NCBI GenBank assembly: GCA_964501435.1
Contig: CAZCTH010000001.1
Coordinates: forward strand, 2,656-66,655
From: an uncultured Spirochaetales bacterium
Lineage (GTDB): Bacteria > Myxococcota_A > UBA9160 > UBA6930
Reading direction: 5' to 3'
DNA: 64,000 bases
Shown: positions 36,497 through 44,789 of the stretch, piece by piece
How positions within the stretch are numbered: position 1 is the first letter of the stretch
Layout of the letters: each line of letters starts with the position of its first letter
Made by a program: the position numbers and the translations under genes
Notes under the pieces: model-generated
The model's database searches: none
Seen by the model: only the letters and a program-made list of their open reading frames with translations
What the model was told of the DNA's origin: nothing

Positions 36497-37585
36497 ATGA
36501 AGACGTGCGCCGCGATGGTGCAGACCGGTCCGCGCAAGCTCGAGATGCGCTCGCTGCCGCTTCCGGAGATCGGCGACGAGGACGCGCTGCTGCGCATCGA
36601 GGCGTGCGGCATTTGCGGAAGCGACGTCGAGCAGTACCACGGCGCGCTGCGCCTTCCGTTTCCGCTGATTCCCGGCCACGAGCCGCTCGGCATCATCGAG
36701 CGCATCGGCGACCGCGCCGCGAAGCGTTGGGGCGTGGACGTAGGCGACCGCGTTGCCGTCGAGACGATGCTCGCCTGCAAGTTCTGCGAGGCGTGCCTAA
36801 CAGGCCGCTATCACCTGTGTCACACGCGTCGCATCTACTCGTACATCCCCCTCGAGCAGGAGCCGGGCCTTTGGGGCGCGTACGCCGAGTACATGTACCT
36901 CGCGGCGAACTCGGTCATTCACAAGATGGATCCCACGCTCCCGCCCGAGCTCGCGGTGTTGTTCAACCCGCTCGGCGCGGGCTTCCGCTGGGCGGTCGAG
37001 ATCCCGCAGACGCGCGCAGGCCAGAGCGTCGTGATCCTCGGGCCGGGCCAGCGCGGCCTCGCGAGCGTCGTCGCGGCACGGCACGTCGGCGCCGGCACTG
37101 TCGTCGTCACGGGCCTCGAGAGCGACGCACCCAAGCTCGCCCTCGCGCGCGAGTTCGGCGCCGACGTGACGGTCGACGTGCAGAACGAGGACGCTCGCAC
37201 GCGCATTCTCGAGGCCACGGGCGGCGGTGCCGACGTCGTCGTCGACGTCTCGGCCTACGCGACGGAGCCCGTCGCCTCGGCGCTCGACTACGTGAAGCCC
37301 GGCGGCACGATCGTGCTCGCCGGCGTGAAGGGCTACAAGCCCGTGCCCGACTTCATCTCCGACAAGATCGTGATGAAGGAGATCTCGGTACGCGGCGCGA
37401 TCGGCGTCACGACCACGGGCTACACGCAGGCGATCCGATTGATCGAGTCCCGGCGCGTTGCGCTCGAGAAGATGCACACGCACGACTTCAAGCTGAGCGA
37501 CGCCGAGGAGGCGATCCTCACGCTCGCAGGTGAAGCCGCGGGCCCACGCTCGATCCACTCGTGCCTCTTGCCGAGCTTGGGATAG
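36497..37585 (+). CDS. zinc-dependent medium-chain alcohol dehydrogenase/reductase
   Basis: ACGICGSDVEQYHG (catalytic Zn), CKFCEACLTGRYHLC (structural Zn) and ILGPGQRG (Rossmann fold). SD GAAGGAG upstream. Confidence 0.88.
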   Translation: MKTCAAMVQTGPRKLEMRSLPLPEIGDEDALLRIEACGICGSDVEQYHGALRLPFPLIPGHEPLGIIERIGDRAAKRWGVDVGDRVAVETMLACKFCEACLTGRYHLCHTRRIYSYIPLEQEPGLWGAYAEYMYLAANSVIHKMDPTLPPELAVLFNPLGAGFRWAVEIPQTRAGQSVVILGPGQRGLASVVAARHVGAGTVVVTGLESDAPKLALAREFGADVTVDVQNEDARTRILEATGGGADVVVDVSAYATEPVASALDYVKPGGTIVLAGVKGYKPVPDFISDKIVMKEISVRGAIGVTTTGYTQAIRLIESRRVALEKMHTHDFKLSDAEEAILTLAGEAAGPRSIHSCLLPSLG

Positions 37586-37594
37586 GAGGATGCG

Positions 37595-38752
37595 ATGACC
37601 GCTCCCATCGAGAGCATGCCGCTGGTCGACATCGACACCCACTTCACCGAGCCGCCCACGCTCTGGACGTCGCGTGCACCGGCGGCCCTGCGCGAGCTCG
37701 CGCCTCGCGTCGTGAGCAACGCCGAGGGCAAGCCGCAGTGGATCGTCGGGCGCGATCTCCCGCTCAGCCCACCCGGCTTCTGCGTCGTGCGGAGTGACGG
37801 CTCGAAGATCGCGGGCCGCTTCTCGCTCGAGACCTTCGAGGAGATGACGCCGGCCGCGAGTGACGCGGGCGCGCGGCTTCGCGTCATGGACGAGCTCGGA
37901 ATTCAGCTCCAGATCGTCTACCCGAACATTCTGGGCTTCGCGGGCGGATCGATCATGCGCGTCGAGGATCCGAAGCTTCGCGCCTTCTGCGTGACGGCGT
38001 ACAACGATGGCGTCGGGGAGCTGCAAGGGCGCGCGAGCGGGCGGCTGCTGCCTCAGGCCCTCATCCCCTTCTGGGACGTCCATCTCGCGGTGAAGGAGCT
38101 CGCGCGCTGTCGCGACGAGCTGAAGCTCTCGGGCTTCACGATGACGGATTCGCCCGAGGCGTGGGGCCAGCCGTCGCTGAACGACCGCTACTGGGATCCG
38201 CTCTGGGCCGCGGCGCAGGAGCGCGGCCTCCCGGTGAACTTCCACATCGGCTCCGGCGGCACCGGCGGCATCGTGTGGGGCGGAATGGACGTGCCCAGAA
38301 TGCTCGCCTCGATCTCGACGATCCTGTTCATGAACAACATGCGCTGCCTCGTGAACTTGATCTTCAGTGGGCTCCTCGATCGCTTCCCGACGCTGAACTT
38401 CGTCTCCGTCGAGAGCGGCATCGGCTGGATTCCGTTCCTGCTCGAAGCGTGCGAGTACCAGATGGACGAGAACGCGGTGCCGCTGAAGCTCCGGCCGCGC
38501 GAGTATTTCACGCGCCAGATTTACGCCTCGTTCTGGTTCGAACGCGAGGACGTTCCGCACAGCATCGGGCGGATTGGCGCGAACAACGTGATGGTGGAGA
38601 CGGACTTTCCGCATCCCACCTGTCTCTATCCCGGCCCGCGCAAGAAGCTCGAGCAGGCGCTCGCGCCGCTGCCGATCGCGGCGCAGCGCAAGATCCTCTA
38701 CGAGAACGCGGCGCGGGTCTACGGGCTCGACCTCCTGAGCTTGCAGCACTGA
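37595..38752 (+). CDS. amidohydrolase-2 (ACMSD-like metal-dependent hydrolase/decarboxylase) family protein
   Basis: VDIDTHFTEPP metal-binding N-terminus and METDFPHPTC near the C-terminus. Paralogue of 41366-42526. Confidence 0.8.
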   Translation: MTAPIESMPLVDIDTHFTEPPTLWTSRAPAALRELAPRVVSNAEGKPQWIVGRDLPLSPPGFCVVRSDGSKIAGRFSLETFEEMTPAASDAGARLRVMDELGIQLQIVYPNILGFAGGSIMRVEDPKLRAFCVTAYNDGVGELQGRASGRLLPQALIPFWDVHLAVKELARCRDELKLSGFTMTDSPEAWGQPSLNDRYWDPLWAAAQERGLPVNFHIGSGGTGGIVWGGMDVPRMLASISTILFMNNMRCLVNLIFSGLLDRFPTLNFVSVESGIGWIPFLLEACEYQMDENAVPLKLRPREYFTRQIYASFWFEREDVPHSIGRIGANNVMVETDFPHPTCLYPGPRKKLEQALAPLPIAAQRKILYENAARVYGLDLLSLQH

Positions 38753-39897
38753 TGGCGCGGCGCGCGGCCATCGTCGGCATCGGGCGCACGGCGTATAGCC
38801 GCGATTCCGGCCGCAGCACGCTGGCGCTCGGCGCCGAGGCCGCGCGGGCGGCGCTCGCGGACGCGGGGCTGGCGGGCGCGGACGTCGACGGCGCGGCCAC
38901 TTATCAGGTCGGCGACTCCGCCGCGCCGATGCGCGTCGCCCACGCGATCGGCGCGCCGGGTCTCGTCTGGAACCTGGATCTGATGGGCGGCGGAAACTAT
39001 GCGACGAGCGTCGTCGCGAACGCGGCGCTCGCCGTCGAGGCGGGCGCGTGCGAAGTCGCGCTCGTCTACCGCGCGCTGAACGGGCGCTCGGGGCACCGCT
39101 TCGGCCGCGCCGACGGCGCCCTGCGCGTCGGCGGGGAAGCGCAGTTCGCTGCGCCGCACGGCTACCTCACGCCGCCGCAGTGGATGGCGATGTGGACGCG
39201 CGAGCACCAGCGCGTCTATCGCAGCACCTGCGAGGACCTCGGACGCATCGCGGTGACTCAGCGTGCCCATGCCGCCGAGAACCCCCACGCTCTTCAGCGC
39301 CGGCGCATCACCCTGGACGACTACTTCGCCGGCCGCGTCATCAACGAGCCGCTGCGCATCTACGACTGCGCCCTCGAGGTGGATGGGGCGGTCGCGCTCG
39401 TGCTCACGACGCGCGAGCGCGCGCGCGACTTGCGGCAGAAGCCGATTGCGCTGCTCGGCCACGCCGAGTTCACGGGGCAGGGCGGCTCGTGGGATCAGTG
39501 GCCCGATCTCGCCTCGATGTACTCGGCGCATGCCGGTCCCGCGCTATGGAAGCGGAGCGGCCGCACGCCGAGTGAGGTCGACGTGGCCTGCATGTACGAC
39601 TGCTTCACCACGACCGTGATGATCACGCTCGAGGAGTTCGGCCTGTGCGAGCGCGGCGCCGTGGGACGCTTCTTCGCAGAAGGGCGGGCGACCTTTGGAG
39701 GCGATGTCGTCGTGAATCCGCACGGCGGGCTGCTCTCCGAGGGCTACATCCATGGGCTGAATCACAGTTACGAGGCCGTCCTTCAGCTGCGCGGTCTGGC
39801 TGGCGCGCGGCAGGTGAAGGACGCGCGGACGGCGCTCGTCACCGCGGGCGCCGGTCCGTACGGCGGCGGGATGCTGCTCGCGGAGGCGCCGGAGTGA
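38752..39897 (+). CDS. thiolase-fold lipid-transfer-protein (Ltp/SCP-x-type) enzyme
   Basis: MARRAAIVGIGRTAYSRDSGRS.. and C-terminal NPHGGLLSEGYIHGLN. Start overlaps the previous stop. Confidence 0.8.
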   Translation: MARRAAIVGIGRTAYSRDSGRSTLALGAEAARAALADAGLAGADVDGAATYQVGDSAAPMRVAHAIGAPGLVWNLDLMGGGNYATSVVANAALAVEAGACEVALVYRALNGRSGHRFGRADGALRVGGEAQFAAPHGYLTPPQWMAMWTREHQRVYRSTCEDLGRIAVTQRAHAAENPHALQRRRITLDDYFAGRVINEPLRIYDCALEVDGAVALVLTTRERARDLRQKPIALLGHAEFTGQGGSWDQWPDLASMYSAHAGPALWKRSGRTPSEVDVACMYDCFTTTVMITLEEFGLCERGAVGRFFAEGRATFGGDVVVNPHGGLLSEGYIHGLNHSYEAVLQLRGLAGARQVKDARTALVTAGAGPYGGGMLLAEAPE

Positions 39898-40313
39898 GCC
39901 GCGATCTCCCGCCGCAGCCGCGTCCGGACGCGGACACTGCTCCCTTCTGGGAGGCAACTCGCGCCGGCAAGCTCGCGCTTTGCCGCTGCAGCGCATGCAA
40001 GCGCTGGCACCAGCCCCCGCTCGAGCGCTGTCGCGCCTGCGGAGCCCCGACGCGCTTCGAGGAGGTCGCCGGGACGGGCAGACTCGCGAGCTTCATCGTC
40101 GTGCGGCATCCGGCCGTGCCCGGCTACTTGCACGACCTCCCCTATGTGGTGGGCCTGGTCGAGCTCGACGAGCAGCGCGGCCTGCGTCTGCCCGGCCGCA
40201 TCGTCGGCGCAGAGCCCGAGGCGCTCGCGATCGGACAGCCGGTGAGGGCTGAGCTCGTGCCGCTCGCCGGGGGCGAGGAGAAGGTCGCCGTGTTTCGGTG
40301 CACCGGCGCGTGA
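39894..40313 (+). CDS. DUF35 OB-fold / zinc-ribbon protein (thiolase partner)
   Basis: CRCSACKRWHQPPLERCRACG rubredoxin-like ribbon followed by an OB-fold. GTGA overlap with the thiolase-like gene. Confidence 0.8.
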   Translation: MSRDLPPQPRPDADTAPFWEATRAGKLALCRCSACKRWHQPPLERCRACGAPTRFEEVAGTGRLASFIVVRHPAVPGYLHDLPYVVGLVELDEQRGLRLPGRIVGAEPEALAIGQPVRAELVPLAGGEEKVAVFRCTGA

Positions 40314-40341
40314 CCCATAACAAGCACTGGAGAACCAGGCG

Positions 40342-40707
40342 ATGACCCACGAGGAGAAGCTTCGGCTCGCGAGGAGACTCACCGACGCGCTGCCAGCGCC
40401 CGAGGAGATCCGCGACGACTGGGGGATGTTCATCGTCGACACCGTGCTCCCGAACGGCGTGTGGTCGCGCAAAGGCCTCTCGCAGCGGGACCGCAGTCTG
40501 ATCACCGTCGCTGCGCTCACCGCGCTTCATCGACCGAACGAGCTGAGGCTCCACCTGAGCCGTGCGCTCGAGAACGGCGTCACGCGCGCCGAGCTGAGCG
40601 AGCTGATCATGCACATGGCGATCTACGGCGGCTTCCCGGTCGCCGTCGAGGGCATGCGCATCGCGCGCGAGGTGTTCGACGCAGCCGACGCGAGCAAGCG
40701 GAAGTAG
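40342..40707 (+). CDS. carboxymuconolactone decarboxylase (AhpD-like) family protein
   Basis: 121 aa. SQRDRSLITVAALTALHRPNELRLHLSRALENGVTRAELSELIMHMAIYGGFP. Confidence 0.8.
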   Translation: MTHEEKLRLARRLTDALPAPEEIRDDWGMFIVDTVLPNGVWSRKGLSQRDRSLITVAALTALHRPNELRLHLSRALENGVTRAELSELIMHMAIYGGFPVAVEGMRIAREVFDAADASKRK

Positions 40708-40714
40708 GCACGCC

Positions 40715-41191
40715 GTGTCGCGTCCGCGCAAAGCGAGTCGCGCGCGAAAGCGAGCCGCTCGGAAGACGGGTTCGCTCGCGGCGCGCCTGCGCGCCGTCGA
40801 GGATCGCGACGAGATTCGCGAGCTGACTGCGCGCTATTGCCACGCGGTGGCCGCTGGCGACGCGGAGGCGATCGTCGGGCTCTTCTGCGAGGACGGCGTC
40901 TTCGAGATGAACGGGCGCCCCGTCGTCGGGCGCGCGGAGCTCGCCAAGTTCTACGGCGCCGTTGCGGGCACGCCGCCGATTCCGTTCATCCAGAATCACG
41001 TCGTCGCGCTGAACGGCGACACGGCCACCGGTCGCTGCTCGGTCGAGATCCGCGTCGTGCAGAACGGCGAGGCGTACACGGCCGCGGGCTGGTACGACGA
41101 TGCGTATCGGCAGGAAGCGCGAGGCTGGCGCTTCGCCCAGCGCAAGTTCCACGTCTTCCACTGGGTGCCGCTCGCGAAGGGCTGGGCGTGA
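40715..41191 (+). CDS. SnoaL-like / NTF2-fold protein
   Basis: RLRAVEDRDEIRELTARYCHAVAAGDAEAIVGLFCEDGVFEM.. is the typical NTF2-like pattern. Start uncertain. Confidence 0.7.
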   Translation: MSRPRKASRARKRAARKTGSLAARLRAVEDRDEIRELTARYCHAVAAGDAEAIVGLFCEDGVFEMNGRPVVGRAELAKFYGAVAGTPPIPFIQNHVVALNGDTATGRCSVEIRVVQNGEAYTAAGWYDDAYRQEARGWRFAQRKFHVFHWVPLAKGWA

Positions 41192-41365
41192 GACGCGCGC
41201 GGGTTTCCCGGTTCCGTGGTGGCGAAGTCAGCGGAGCGTCACGCCGGCGTCGTTGCGGATCGGAAACGTGGTAGCATGTTGAGAAACGACCCTGTGTTTC
41301 GGCGTGCAGTGAAACGCGTGCCGGGGCCGGATCAACCCGAACGACTCTCGTCGATGGAGTGCCTC

Positions 41366-42526
41366 ATGAGCGCAGCGCTCGCGGAAATGCCCGTGATCGA
41401 CGTCGATGCCCACTTCACGGAGCCGCCGGACTTCTGGACGTCGCGCGCGCCGAAGAAGTACAAGGACGTGGCGCCACGCGTCGTGAAGGGCGCGAACGGC
41501 AATCCGATCTGGATCGTCGGCGCGGATCTCACGCTCTCGCCGCCCGGCCTGTGCGTCGTGCAGCCCGACGGGAAGAAGGTCTACGGCAAGTTCTCGATCG
41601 AGACCTTCGAGGGCATGACGCCCGCCGCCTTCGATTGCGCCGCGCGCCTTCGCGCGATGGACGAGCTCGGGCTCACGATGCAGATCCTCTACCCGAACGT
41701 CCTGGGATTCGCGGGCGCCACGATCATGCGCATCGAGGACGTGGGGCTGCGCAACTTCTGCACGACGGCGTACAACGACGCGATCGCCGAGGTCGCCAAG
41801 CAGAGCCGCGGTCGCATCTTCCCGCAGGCCCTGCTGCCGTTCTGGGACGTCGAGCTCTGCGCCAAGGAGCTCGCGCGCTGCCAGGAACAACTCGGCTTCA
41901 CCGGCTTCAACATGACCGAGACGCCCGAGCAGTGGGGCTTCCCCTCGCTCCACCATGAGCACTGGGATCCGCTCTGGCGCGAGGCCGAGGCGCGCGGGAT
42001 GCCCTGCAACTTCCACGTCGCGTCCGCGGGCATCATGAACCACGTCACGTGGCAGGGCTACTCGCCCGATCGCCTGCTCGCCGCGCTCTCGTGCTTCATG
42101 TTCATGAATAACAGCCGCTCGATGGTGAACCTGATCTTCAGCGGCCTGCTCGACCGCTTCCCGCGCATGAAGTTCGTGTCGGTGGAGAGCGGAATCGGCT
42201 GGATCCCGTTCGTGCTCGAGGCGTGCGAGTACCAGATGGCGGAGAACATGGTGCACCGCGGCGGGCTGAAGCTCTCGGCGAAGGAGTACTTCCACCGCAA
42301 CATCTTCGCGTCCTACTGGTTCGAGAAGGACCGCACGCGCCAGGACATAGAGGCCGTCGGCGCCGACAACGTGATGTTCGAGACCGACTTCCCGCACCCG
42401 ACCTGCCTCTACCCCGGCGTGCGGGAGCATGTTCAGGCCTCGCTTGGCGCCTTGGCCCCGGCCGTCCAGCGCAAGGTGCTGTACGAGAACGCCGTGCGCG
42501 TCTACCAGCTCCCCTCACCGGTCTGA
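41366..42526 (+). CDS. amidohydrolase-2 family protein (second copy)
   Basis: Start placed at ATG 41366 by alignment with the paralogue at 37595 (MSAALAEMPVIDVDAHFTEPP against MTAPIESMPLVDIDTHFTEPP). Confidence 0.8.
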   Translation: MSAALAEMPVIDVDAHFTEPPDFWTSRAPKKYKDVAPRVVKGANGNPIWIVGADLTLSPPGLCVVQPDGKKVYGKFSIETFEGMTPAAFDCAARLRAMDELGLTMQILYPNVLGFAGATIMRIEDVGLRNFCTTAYNDAIAEVAKQSRGRIFPQALLPFWDVELCAKELARCQEQLGFTGFNMTETPEQWGFPSLHHEHWDPLWREAEARGMPCNFHVASAGIMNHVTWQGYSPDRLLAALSCFMFMNNSRSMVNLIFSGLLDRFPRMKFVSVESGIGWIPFVLEACEYQMAENMVHRGGLKLSAKEYFHRNIFASYWFEKDRTRQDIEAVGADNVMFETDFPHPTCLYPGVREHVQASLGALAPAVQRKVLYENAVRVYQLPSPV

Positions 42527-42541
42527 CGAACGGAGCCGCCC

Positions 42542-43378
42542 ATGCACAAGGTGATTGGCTTCGTCGGGCTCGGGAACATGGGCAAGGGCATGGCGGTCAA
42601 CCTCGCTCGCGCCGGCGTGGACCTCCGCGTCTACGACCTCGACCCACGCCCGATCTCGGAGCTGGAGGCGCTCGGCGCCAAGCGGGTGCACTCCAACCGC
42701 GAGCTGGGCGCCGTCGCCGACATCGTCGAGATCGTCGTCGTGAACGACCGGCAGGTGGAGCAGGTCGTGTTCGGCGACGACAAAGGGGACGAGGGGGTCC
42801 TCGCGGCAGCACGGCCGGGCACGATCCTCGTCATCCACAGCACGGTCCACCCCGACACCTGCCGCCGCATCGCGCAGGCCGCCGCCGCCAAGCACGTGGG
42901 CGTCGTCGATGCGGCCGTGAGCGGCGCCGAGGCTCGCTCGAACGACGGGTCGCTCACGCTGATGGTGGGCGGGCCGGCGGACCTCGTCGCAGCGTGCCGG
43001 CCGATCTTCGAGATCGTCGGCGCGCGCGTCTTTCATCTCGGCGAGGTCGGGCGGGGACAGGTCGCCAAGCTCTGTAACAACCTGATGTCGATCGTGAACC
43101 TCGTGATCGTCGAGGAGGCGCTGCGCCTCGCGCAGCAGGCGGGCATCGACGAGAAGCAGATGATCGAGATCGCGAGCGTGAGCACGGGCGAGAGCTGGGC
43201 GCTGCACGGCTACGGCCCGATGCGCGACTTGCTTCGCGCGCGGGGGTCCGACGCATCGATGGCGTTGATTGCGCGCAAGGACGTCGCGCTCGCCGTGGAT
43301 TTGGCCCGCAGCCTCGGCGCAAAGGTGCCCGTCGGCGAGTTCGTCGTGGGGCTCGCGAAGTCCAGCGCGAGCCGTTGA
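42542..43378 (+). CDS. NAD(P)-dependent beta-hydroxyacid dehydrogenase (3-hydroxyisobutyrate dehydrogenase-like)
   Basis: IGFVGLGNMGKGMAVNL Rossmann motif and the family-typical length (278 aa). Confidence 0.85.
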   Translation: MHKVIGFVGLGNMGKGMAVNLARAGVDLRVYDLDPRPISELEALGAKRVHSNRELGAVADIVEIVVVNDRQVEQVVFGDDKGDEGVLAAARPGTILVIHSTVHPDTCRRIAQAAAAKHVGVVDAAVSGAEARSNDGSLTLMVGGPADLVAACRPIFEIVGARVFHLGEVGRGQVAKLCNNLMSIVNLVIVEEALRLAQQAGIDEKQMIEIASVSTGESWALHGYGPMRDLLRARGSDASMALIARKDVALAVDLARSLGAKVPVGEFVVGLAKSSASR

Positions 43379-43393
43379 GCGGTGCTGACCAAA

Positions 43394-43599
43394 TGGAGGC
43401 GAACGTGAAGGTGATCGTCGACTACGACTTGTGCGAGGCGAACGCAGTTTGCATGGGCTGCTGCCCTGACGTCTTCCGCGTCGAGGACGACGACTCGCTC
43501 ACGGTGCTGATGGACGAGATTCCCGAGCCGCTGCGCGCGCGCGTCGCGGAAGCGGTCCGGCTCTGTCCTCGCCAAGCGCTTCGCTTCAGCGAGCGCTGA
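43394..43599 (+). CDS. small [3Fe-4S]/[4Fe-4S]-type ferredoxin
   Basis: KVIVDYDLCEANAVCMGCCPDVFRVEDD..CPRQAL. Start ambiguous: ATG 43394, or GTG 43405 preceded by GGAGG. Confidence 0.75.
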
Positions 43600-43699
43600 C
43601 GAGCTGCGCGAAGTCGCGTCGCTCGCGCCGAAGCGAAGCCAGGGTGGCCGCAATGGGGTCGAGCAAGAGCGCCCAACAACTTCGAACGGAGGAGGCGCC

Positions 43700-44719
43700 T
43701 TGGACGAGAAGCCGCTGATCGCGATCACGCAGGGCGATCCCTGCGGCATCGGTCCCGAGGTCGTGGCCAAGGCCCTGGCCGAGGGCACGGCGTACGTGGT
43801 CGCGCGCCCGGTCGTGATCGGGTGCATCGAGTCGCTGCAGGCGGGCGCGAGGGTGGCGGGCGTCGATCTGCGCGTGCGACGCGTCTCGTCGCTCGACGGC
43901 GCCGGCACGGATCCACGCGCGATCGACGTGCTCGACGAGGGCCAGCTCGATCCGAAGCACATCGCGCTGGGTCGCGTCGTATCCGAGTGCGGACGCGCGA
44001 ACGGCGCGTGGCTCGCCACCGCCGCCGCGCTCTGCAGCGATGGCCGCGCTGCGGGCACGGTGATGGCGCCCGTCAACGCCGAGGCCCTCGCGCGCGGCGG
44101 CGCTGCGGGTCAGATCCTCGGCACGGACGAGACCGCCCGCTACCTGACCCTGCTCTCGGGCCCGCTACGCGTCGTGCACCTCTTCGACCACGTCCCGCTC
44201 GAGGACGTCTGTCGCCGGGTTTCACCTGAGCTCGTGGAGCGTGCCGTGGCGAAGACGCACGCGTGCCTCTCGCAGTGGGGGATCGCCTCGCCGCGCATCG
44301 GGGTGTCCGGCCTCAATCCGCACGCGCACGGACGGCAAGAGCGCGAGGCGATCGCGCCCGGCGTCGAGCGTGCGCGCGCGCAGGGGATTGACGCGGCGGG
44401 GCCGATCGCTCCCGACACCGTATTCCGGCACTGCATCGAGGAGCGCTATGACGTCGTGGTGGCAATGTTCCACGACCAGGGCCAAATCGCGGTCAAGACT
44501 TGGGGATTCGCAGGCAACTGCGCGCTCTTTCTGGGCGCGCCCTATCTCTTGCTCAGCGTCGGCCACGGGACGGCGTTCGACATCGTGGGCCGCGGCGTGG
44601 CGGACGCCAGCATGATCCGCGCTGCGATTCTGCAGGCCGCGAGCTTGGCCCGCGGCTGCGGCTTTCTGCGCGAGACCGAGCGCGGGAGCGCTGCACATTC
44701 CATGGGAACGGCTGCCTGA
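43700..44719 (+). CDS. PdxA-family NAD-dependent dehydrogenase/decarboxylase
   Basis: IAITQGDPCGIGPEV, GLNPHAGE-like GLNPHAHG, MFHDQG and SVGHGTAFD motifs. TTG start follows GGAGGAGG. Confidence 0.85.
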   Translation: MDEKPLIAITQGDPCGIGPEVVAKALAEGTAYVVARPVVIGCIESLQAGARVAGVDLRVRRVSSLDGAGTDPRAIDVLDEGQLDPKHIALGRVVSECGRANGAWLATAAALCSDGRAAGTVMAPVNAEALARGGAAGQILGTDETARYLTLLSGPLRVVHLFDHVPLEDVCRRVSPELVERAVAKTHACLSQWGIASPRIGVSGLNPHAHGRQEREAIAPGVERARAQGIDAAGPIAPDTVFRHCIEERYDVVVAMFHDQGQIAVKTWGFAGNCALFLGAPYLLLSVGHGTAFDIVGRGVADASMIRAAILQAASLARGCGFLRETERGSAAHSMGTAA

Positions 44720-44789
44720 GAGGCCGGGCACGCCGCATGCGCGCAGCGTCTCGCACCGGGGCGCCGTGCGATGGAGAGATCACGCGATC

